From Octopus sinensis (lineage: Eukaryota), in NCBI RefSeq assembly GCF_006345805.1, contig NC_042997.1:1054001-1118000 (forward strand): a DNA stretch of 64,000 nt, given 5' to 3'. Each line of letters begins with the position of its first letter. Within the stretch, counting starts at the first letter, position 1. Below are positions 54,273 to 64,000 of this stretch, piece after piece. The notes under the pieces were generated by a model, which had not been told where the DNA came from, did no database searches, and was given only the letters and a program-made list of their open reading frames with translations. The position numbers were made by a program, and so were the translations under genes.

Positions 54273-56039
54273 CGCACACACACATACACACACACACACA
54301 CACACGCGCACATACACACATACAATTGCAATAAGGCATAAGAGAATGGGAATTATGAAGAGAATGAAGATTGCGAAATAACACTAAAAATCTACTTGAA
54401 AGTCGTGTCGTTAAGTTGAATAAAAATAGTTTTAAAAATTGCTGGAAGTTAGTTGGTGACAAGATAATGTATAATATATTATAGTGTAAACAAAGAATTT
54501 ACACGTTTCTGCTAGTGTGGGGACTGCCAGTAAGTATAATATTGTCTGCACTTTCCACAGACTTTTCAGAAATTCATTTGTATAGATTCTTTTAAGAATC
54601 TATACATAATATCTAAACATAATATGTCTTTCTCATAATATACATTTTCACATAATATACATACACTTACACATTATATGTCTTTCTCAAATCTTTAAGA
54701 AAAGAAGCATGGGAAACGGTGAACGATAAAATAATAATGTTCTTAATGACATTTAAAACGTGTAGTATGAATATTTAGTGTGGAATCTCTGCAGATATGT
54801 GTTAGATTACCGTGAAGTTCGATTCAGTGATGTCTATTATTTAAACATATCAAATATATCCTTCGCCAGCATGCAACTGTTTTCGCAGACTTGGATTTGA
54901 GTTGTCACAGTCTACTGAAAATGATTTGCAGTTTTCTGTTCTCAGCTTATTATTTCTACCTTTTCTATTGAGGCTTTTATAATCTTATATTCCATTAGAT
55001 ATATTCTGGATTTTCTTTTACTTAGTTCCATATTTTTATCATGGTATCGTGAAACATTGAAGCAAATATATTTTGTGCTGAAGCTCGTTTAATGTACATA
55101 AATTTATTCATCAATATAGTTTAGCTAGACCCTAAACACCTCAATTGACATGTGTTTCTAAATTAACTACAGTTGCTAAACTTCACTAATCAGTAATACA
55201 CCACTTTGTGTTGAGTTGATGTTCAGTGAAAATTTAACGCACATAATATGTATTTCTCAAATTAGTAGGTGGCAAGGATTTGAAATCTTCCCTAGCTGCT
55301 AAAGAAACTTTATTTTCTTATACAGTAGATCTATTATAAACGCTTAGACTAGATATAAGACTGGTGGCTACATGTAAGAGAATTACCCTAGGTATCAGTT
55401 TTTGTGGACAATAGTCGGACACCGTTTCCTTCCTAAGACTGTTGTATGAATAACATTCGCTTAAGATTGTTTCGTTTGAAATATTTAACCTAAGGTTAGA
55501 TACAAGTATATGTAAAAAAAAGTATTCGATAAACTACTTTAGCAGTAAGAAAATCAACAACAAAATAACACATGATACTCTTGTAAAAATAACCAGCACC
55601 GAACAATACTATGAAGGTCAAAGAAAAAGTAGCAATATTTTCCATTTCTTTGCTCCTTGTTTTCATCGATTGTATTACTTAACTTGAAGGGAATTGCTCA
55701 AAGAAACATTAAAGCAAAAATCTATAAAAAGTGAAAGATATAAAAAAAAAAACTATCAAATAATAAAATGGAAATAATAGCAAATAAATGAAAAATTGAA
55801 ATTTTTCCAAGAGGTGGAAAACACAATTGATACCTAAATTTATTTCCGGGTCACCTTTTCACTTGGGGCAAATTGTTTGATAAGCGATTTAAATTGTTTC
55901 GTTTTGTTAATTCGTTTCTTATCGAAGACCAATATTCTTTATAATTTTCCCGATTCCACCCCGAAATCTGTCTTCCTCATTTCCCTTTGTTGTTTCTTTT
56001 TTTCCCTTATTTTATTAGTCTTGAAGAATATTACTTTGC

Positions 56040-56200
<161 letters not shown>

Positions 56201-58169
56201 AATCTTATCATTACTTCTGTTGTATTATTGATGTTGTGGCTGCTATTATTGGCAATTTTCTTCTAGAAGATGTTTATCTCATTGTTTGTAACGGCTGTTT
56301 TTGAAAGACACATTGCCGGCAGTTATGTATTCGCGATAGATACCTTCATCAAAATAGAAATTTTGTTGGTTTTTGTTTTCGTAATTTCTATGTATTTAAG
56401 TTTCTTTTATTTTCTTATACATACTGTATACATTTTTTTTTATTTTGCAGTTTCTTCATCTTTCCTATTTCTTCCGTTGTATGTTTTTCTTTTTCATTAT
56501 AAATTCCGAGTGAAAAAAAATCCATTTAACTTATTCAGTGTTAACCCAAAGCTATAATTAACGCTTTTCGAATCTATGTTACACATAGCATTAGTTCGGT
56601 ATAAATAAAATTATAACATGAAGATTTAAAAGGGCTTTTTTAACATGACGTTCTTTTCATATTTTATTTTAAAATCCTAATCACAAACGAGTAAAAAGGT
56701 AATGAACACTTGTGTGAATTATACTAGCTTTAATTTTCCGTGAAAGAAACAACGTGAGCGTAATAACGAATAAATCAAATTTCAGTAAGTTTCACTTCCC
56801 TTCAATAAAATGCATTTCTAAATGTATTTACTAGGAATGTAGGGCAAATATGTTAGTGTAGAATTCTCTAGTTTGGTACCAACAGTCTGAGGATGTTAAC
56901 TCTTTTTTTTAATTTAGTCACTTCAATGTACATGACAGGTCTGAATATATCCATTAAATAAGAGCTGAATGTTTGATTTTAAGTTCACTTTCTTTAGGAA
57001 AAACACAATGATGATAACGTCTTGTCGACAATATAAATGCACAATAATATTTTATAGAATGTTGTATTTACGAAGTATTAAGAATTTCTGTTTACGATGC
57101 AAATGTACACACAAACATGCAAGTACAAGTACAGATACATGACAACAAGTACATTCGAAACGTACAGACAGATGTTTTTCTTATACATATATTATAAACA
57201 TATATACATACATTTGTGTGTAATTGTTTACATGTATAAGCATATTGTGATATGTATGACTTTATGGTGAATAATGCCGGTTCAATTAGATGAATAATTT
57301 TAGCATTAAGTATTTGCACATTACTGAAGACGAGATTGATAGATTTTTTAGTCGAAACCCTTTGCCAGAAAAAAAATCATACATAGAAATTCTGTTGGAT
57401 AGATACATAATTTAAATGTTATGGGTGAAAAATACCCATGCTGAAATATGAGGAGTGGAGAATTGAAGGATACAAGAAAGAAAAATGTATGATAAAAAAA
57501 ATATAGTTTTAAATATATACTTATGTGCATCTGCTTTCGTGTGTGCATGGTTGTGCATTTCTGTTTAATCATAGTAAGTAGAGGAGGTAAAGATGGAAGG
57601 CGAATCAAAAAATATCAGTAAGAAGAAACTTGATCACCTTGAGAACTAGAAATCGGAAGTAACAATTGACCCCATATAAAATATCTGGATCAGAAAGATG
57701 AGAAGAAGCAACGGAAGAAAATTATTTATTCCGGACTTAGAGAGTGATACTTAAAATTTTGAAAAGAAATGCTGCTGTTAGAAGGAATGTTCATAAAGAA
57801 CTTTCGAAGATGTAAGTTGTGTGACGATCACTATCAATAAGGCAAAACATGATAGCTGACATAACGCCTATTTTGTTGAGGATGACAGAAGACAAATGGA
57901 ACACATTTGTAGAAGTGTAATTCAGGCTTCACTGACTCAGGTGAAATGTACATGGTAAGTGGTGAAAATCTTGCGATTCTAAGACGTCTTCTGGGGTTAT
58001 GGCAGTATTTTCGACGTTGCGATGAATTCAGGTAAAAGAGTTTGCGATATTCCTGAAGCTCCTGCGGTCTCTGTGTGGAGCAAAGCATTTTCAATGTTTA
58101 TTTCACGTATATATATATATATAATACCCTCTTCGGTTATGAATGACTATGGGATTGTAACTAGAAAGT

Positions 58170-58430
58170 TCCCCACCGAGGCACAAATCCGGGCAAGGTT
58201 GTTTATGAAAAAAAAAACAACAGTCACTCACGCATATCCCCAGTATGTACAACACCAAGGGAAACACAAAGGCCGATACAAGTTGGCACCATTGACGTCG
58301 CAACTTATTTCTACAGCTGAGGGAACTGGAGCAGCGTAAAATAATATATATTGCTCAAGAACACAACACAGAACCGAACTTCCTGTTTTATGATTGTGAA
58401 CTCGACTCTCTAAGAAGTTCGCCATGCGCC
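58170..58430 (-). mobile_element. tRNA-derived SINE, diverged
   Basis: gacgtcgcaact.atttctacagctgag.gaactggagca and ttgctcaagaacacaac; ends ccatgcgcc. Confidence 0.65.
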
Positions 58431-58508
58431 GTTACGCGTGTATGTATATATAGATATAGATATAGCTATTTATAGATATACATAAATATATATGTATATA
58501 TATATATA

Positions 58509-58571
<63 letters not shown>

Positions 58572-58572
58572 G

Positions 58573-59896
58573 TAAACTACAAAATGGGACAAGAAGGCAA
58601 AACATCAGGACAGTTAGGTGATACAAAAATGGGACAACAAAACATCCGGATGGACGATACAAAGAAAACAAGGATGGGTCATTCTTAGTTTTCTTTCTTC
58701 AGTCAAGTACTAGGTTATTCTCGCAATTTCGGCTGATTAACTTCAGATTGCTTCAATCTGGCCAGCACAAAGGAAAAGCTAGACTAAGACCATTAGATTC
58801 CCTGGAAGAAAGCGGCGAATATATACAAAAACAAGGACGGGAAAAAACGGACAATGTTACACAAATAAAATAATAAATAATAACAGGGCATAACAACCGG
58901 TGTCTTTCGACTAAGGACGAATTAAATTATGCCAGCGTGTGTGGAAATGAAGCCATACGACAGGGATACATGATTTTACAAACACAGGGAGGAATGTTGC
59001 ATGGACGACGGCCAATACAAGAAACAAAGAACAGGCTTGGCCCAACGCCACTCACGTGGGAAGAGAAAAGAGAAAAGTAGAAGCAGAGGTACAGAAGAAT
59101 TGAGGAGCGAGAAAAAATGACAGGTACACAATGAAGTGAAAAGTGGAGGGAAAGTGAGCAAGAAGAAAAGGCAAAGAAATGTGAGAGGGGGAATGAAAGA
59201 ACGAACAGTGGAACGAACGAATAAGCGTGGAAGGGCTGATACACAAAAATAGAATCGCACTTTAGCATTCTACTCTTACTCTTTACTTGACCTTCCTCCC
59301 TGCCTGTCTGTCTTCCTCTCTACTTGTCTTTCTCTTTATTTTTCACCCTTTCTGGTTTCTTTCCACCCTCTCTCTCCCTCTCTCCTCCTCCTCCTCCTCC
59401 TCTCTCTGGCTTTGACCAGAGCGCTACTAAAAACTTTCTTTCAGCTCCGTGTCTTCAACAAGCATATATCGACTTCCCTGTCTTTCGCAAGCCGATTTTA
59501 CACATGCGTTCTAACTAATTTTTCCACCGTCTAGGCCTAAAAAAGCCCTTATTGTTGGTTCCTTGTCCTGTTATTCCGTATTTGTACTGTTTTTTCTACT
59601 GTTTTTTCTTCATTTGTATTGCTTTTACGTCCTGTTCTTGTCACTTGTTTTACCCCTCTGCCAAAGAATTTTATTTAATTCCTTTTGCAGGAAGTACTGT
59701 TTCGGCCTGGCCTTGTTCTGCCCCTACCTTCGAAACACGCATTGAGTCGAACCAAGGGCATCTGATGAAGGGGAATTTTCCTTGTAATGTTTGTACTGTA
59801 CTCTGTTTTTTCGTTGTTAAAAAAAAGTCCGTTTCCTTGTTTGATTTTATGTTTTCGTTTCTCGTTGTGTTCTACGTTTATTTGTGGTGTCCTGTA

Positions 59897-59900
<4 letters not shown>
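58573..59900. mobile_element. Two oppositely oriented PLE-like 3' regions joined at about 59258, between (TA)n tracts
   Basis: Abrupt switch from purine-rich to pyrimidine-rich sequence. 58573-58740 resembles 60093-60220. There is no coding evidence, so the PLE assignment is inferred. Confidence 0.4.
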
Positions 59901-59937
<37 letters not shown>

Positions 59938-60217
59938 TTGTATATATACATGTAGATGTAAGTATGTACATATATGTATGTATATATGCATATATTTTAT
60001 TTATTTATTATATTGTTATTATATGACCGAACGCACGCATCATTTCTCTTCTCCAAGTAAGTTTATATATATATATATATATATATTATATATGTACAAA
60101 AGTACAAACTGGGTCAAGAACGTAAAACATTTAGAAGACGATACAAAAGACACGGACGGGACATTCGAAGTCTTCAATCTTCAGTCAAGAACCGGATCAT
60201 CCTAGCAATTTCGGCTG

Positions 60218-60308
<91 letters not shown>

Positions 60309-60309
60309 A

Positions 60310-62870
60310 GTGAATTGAAGAAATGGAGTTGAACGAAGATTGAACAGAAATCGTTTTATTTCATTCTACACGTGTTTCGAAAGGCACAATTGACCAAATT
60401 CCGATTGAATAATGAGACCATATTGTGTCTTTCTCTTCAGGAAGAAATAGGAAATCCGTTGGAAAAAACAAACACAGAACAGAGGCGGAGCAAAACAAAT
60501 CGAACTAGGCTCCTAAGAGCCCATGGCCAAACTGTTTATCAGTGTATGTTGAAAACGGGTGGTGGGTGCGTTGAAGATTTTAACGGGTCAGGCAGCGGTC
60601 ATTCCGGTGGGTGAAGGCACGGGGTGTGTAGATGTTCTTTGTGACCGAGAGTAAAGTTCTGACTATTTAAAGAATATTAGATGTATTATATGGGGCGGGA
60701 CAAAATCTACTTAGAGACATGTGTGTGTTTACTCTTCTATATATGTGTGCGGGCGCAAGTTGGTAAGAAGCGCTACATTCTGGTCATTGCTGAGAAATCC
60801 GTCAAGGGGTAGAAAACATTTTATGTGTACGTGTGTGCGTTTGATCGCGCGGCTGTCAGTTGGTAAACAGCTCTACACAATGGTCACTGCTGTAAAAACC
60901 GTCGGGCGGCAGAAAAATATTTTATGTGTGCGTGTGTTCGTCTAATCATGCCTTGTCAAAGAAACCCCCCGTCGTCAAAAACAAAGCCCCATTCATCTCA
61001 CAGGAGTAATTCCCCTTGCAAAGGTTAATCATATTTCTCTTAAAGGCTTTTTCAGAATTTATTACCAAGGGCTATTTTCATATAAGTAGTGTAACCGGGT
61101 GCAGGTATTATTTATAAGCGTTATTTATAAGCAAGATAAGTATAACGCCGCCAATGGGGGCATCGAAAAGCCGACTGTAAAAGTCTGTTTACCATCCGGT
61201 CTCTGGCGAACAATATATGGAAGAGTTCGGAGACACAAAGGTTGCACTTCCTTCTGCCCCTATCAAATGGGAGGGCCACCGACAAAATTGACCATTCTAG
61301 CCTGTAGCTTGAGTTCGTATTCTTCAATCGCCATATTAGCTTGTTAAGTCCCGTGGTCTGGCGTTTATTCATGTCTCGAAAAGTTGCGTAATGGTTGGAG
61401 ATTCGTAAAGCCAATCTTGACGACGAGGCCCCGACATAAGCGTAGACATCTGAGTCCGTGTAAACCTTGCATTGGTAGACGGCGTTTCTGATCTTGGAGT
61501 TCGCCGACGTGAATCTTATTCTGCTAGGATTAGTTTCTGAAATTAGAACTGCGTTACTGTCACTATATTTGTTCCGAGAACTGCAGCCGCTTACTACTTT
61601 ATTTTCCACTACGTCACTATTAACTAACGAAATAACCCCTGATTCTCCACTATCTATCAGAGTGCTGTCATTGCTAGTGCCCGTGGTGCTGCTATTTCCG
61701 GAAACGATGCTGGGGTTGCTATTGGGACTCTCTACCCTAACGAGCCAGGCTGCGCTCACCTCACTACTGCCATTGTTACCGTCAATTACAACACCCCTAT
61801 TTATAACTATACCCCTAGTATATAATCCCTGGTTGGAGCTGAGATTATGAGTCACTGTACTGGCTCTCATATCATTATTACTACTATTATTATTCCTACT
61901 GAGCATTAAACCGGGAGCGGAAGAAGCTGTGCCTCCGGAAAAAGGTGATAGGGTCTTAGTAAGCAGCCTATTATTATGGGAGGCGATTATCTGGGCGATG
62001 TTTTTAGTGTTGGAGAAAGCGATCCTAACTTTATGCGAGTTAACCGTGGAGTAATATTTGGAATTTCTGGGGAAGTTATTGGCGATGGCTTGTCGAAACA
62101 TGAGGAGGAGGTTAGTTCTAATCTGCTTACCAAAGGGAATTACAAACCATATATGCTTATTCCTATCTATGTGATGGGTCGGGACGCCAGCTCTCGCATT
62201 CGGGTGGGTGATTCTCGGATGAATAACGGGTTTTGGGTTAGTGTGAGATCCCCCGGACCGATAATTATCCTTGTTCGCTAAATTAAATGCGGGAGCGACT
62301 GCCCCAGCACCCGCCGCGCTCCCGTCACTACTTTAATTGTTTATGTTATTATAGACGGCCCTATCCTGATGACCCAATGATGGCATCGGAAGGGCCAGAT
62401 CAATATAAGTTACCTTCTGCCTATAACCGGCCTTGGATAGTGCGGCGTTATAAAATTCTGCTTTCTGCATAAAAATATCGGCACTAGCGGACAAGCCAGA
62501 CAATCTTAGAGAGATGTTTTTAACCAAATTGTCTGTTACGGTTTTGGCATGATTTGAGAAGACACTGACATACTTCAAATTAGTGGAAGGCTTATGGTAA
62601 GGGCAGTATGAGTCGCTATTAAGGTTAAGTGTAACGTCTAGGAAATTAGCCTTGGTGAGTTCATTATCAAAAACTATATTCATACCCATTCTATTAAAAA
62701 ACCTAGCTAACCTGCTCTTAGTTTTCTGCACTATTCTGTTCGTGGTGTTTTGCAGGTAAAACAGACAATCGTCACGATACAGGCCGCCCGATTCATAGAA
62801 TGCTAAAGTAATGCGGACAGTAACTTGTAGCACCTCTTGCAAATCTCTGGAGGAAATCACTGCATGCCGG
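60310..62870 (-). mobile_element. 5'-truncated Penelope (Poseidon-type) element: RT C-terminal half, linker, GIY-YIG, 3' pLTR
   Basis: GLYRDD, FLDVTLNL, YCPYHKP, SNH (62333-62860). In frame across one TAA with 61121-62101 (IWF, NFP, IAFSNTKN, AVY..YVG, CNLC..CPH). The 3' region is homologous to 35198-35934. Confidence 0.93.
60357..60449 (-). ncRNA. Type-I hammerhead in the Penelope 3' end (GUA)
   Basis: tatttcttc-CUGAAGA-gaaagacacaat..attgtgcctttc-GAAACACGUGUA|gaatgaaata. Confidence 0.82.
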
Positions 62871-62894
62871 TTTTATCTCTAAAAATCTTCTCTC

Positions 62895-63755
62895 TCAGTC
62901 AGTCGTTCCTCTTTTTCAAAAAGGGAATAAATCGCTCACAGCAAACTACTGTCGAAACTCATTCACCACACATATCAAAATTTTTGAGAGAATGCTGGAA
63001 TCAAGAATAACAGCCTTCCCAGAGCAAAATCATCTTCTAAATTGTAACCAGCATGGTTTTTGTGGTGGTAGAGACTGTTTAAAACAGCTCTCCCACCACT
63101 TTGATGACATGACTGAGAGCTCCATCGCCGATGTCATATACTCTGATTTCACAAAGGCCTTTGACAGGGTCGACTACAATAGACTGTTAAGGAAGCTCTC
63201 CAAAGCCGGAGTCGGTGGAAATCTATTTCAATGGATTAAGTATTTCGTAACAAACAAGACCCAGCATGCTGATGACATTCACTCAGAACCAGGAAAGTTA
63301 GCATCGGTGTCACGCAAGGTACTTATGCTAGATCCACTTCTTTTTATTGTCTATATCAATGATATTGTAGAGTCCATTGAACATAGCACCATTAAAATAT
63401 TTGCAGATGACTAAGATTCAGAAAGTCATTAAGGGTGCATATGCTCAAACGATTCTTCAATCTTTAATATGCACCGTAATCCAGTGGGCAAAAAATAACA
63501 ATATGCATTTGAACGAAGAAAACATTTGAGTTCATCCACTTTGGTAAACAAGGCACACTCAAACAAGCATATACACTACCGTTGGGGAACTTACTTGAAC
63601 TGTCGGATAATATCAGAGACTTAGTGTCCACATCAACAAAAAAGTCGATGTTGCCCGCAGAATGTGCACAAGGACCCTCCGAATTTTTCAGCCTAGGAAT
63701 CATGTAACCATCATCTTTCTTTTCTCGGTTAATATAAAGCTCTTCGCCCGTTAAC
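62895..63755 (+). mobile_element. CR1-clade LINE reverse-transcriptase fragment
   Basis: VVPLFKKGNK, QHGF..GR.CL.Q, DVIYSDFTKAFDRVD, PLLFIVYINDI, IFADD; frameshifted. Confidence 0.85.
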
Positions 63756-64000
63756 AAAAAAAAAAAAAAGAAAAAAGAAAACCCTACTGTGTGTTAACAA
63801 CTGTGTAGAAAATAAACAACAAAAACTGTGCAAACAAACCTGGTGGGTGGGCAGAGGTCTTTCGGAAAATTCACGAGATCCGATATTTCCGTCATAACTT
63901 TCGGGAAAATGAATATATATTGCTTTTTTAATGAAATCCCACGTTTTTGGCTATAGAGGATCCGATTGTGAAAAAAACTTTTCAAAATTTAAATTCTCCG

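Noticed and set aside
57912-58031. Plus-strand exon-like segment KCNSGFTDSGEMYMVSGENLAILRRLLGLWQYFRRCDEF
   Set aside because: Isolated, with moderate splice sites and no partner exons or recognisable domain.
58680-60200. CUGAAGA/CUGAUGA half-cores near 58703, 59762 and 60177
   Set aside because: They lack a correctly placed GAAA with stems I and III, so they were not counted as ribozymes.

Overview
AT-rich animal genomic DNA, most likely octopus or another coleoid cephalopod. That assignment is inferred from recalled SINE families and the (TA)n/(TACA)n/(TAA)n load and was not searched. No host gene, rRNA, real tRNA or CRISPR array can be established. The window is mostly transposon debris: mariner and maT DNA transposons, a Chapaev-like remnant, three R4/Dong retroelements flanked by (TAA)n, RTE and CR1 LINE pieces, about eight tRNA-derived SINE pieces and a Helentron-type non-autonomous element. 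The main signal is a dense set of Penelope-like element (PLE) pieces and foldback termini, most abutting (TA)n tracts. They carry nine type-I hammerhead ribozyme motifs from five unrelated sequence families, folded by hand. The most notable arrangements are: a 583-bp tandem dimer with one hammerhead and one perfect 64-67 bp hairpin per unit (retrozyme-like, a candidate circular RNA); a back-to-back hammerhead pair; a tRNA-headed hammerhead element; and a foldback whose inverted arm starts at the predicted cleavage site. A weak minus-strand multi-exon gene candidate lies at 5.4-15.8 kb. Most ORF-track entries are microsatellite artefacts. Element boundaries are approximate unless exact motifs are quoted.
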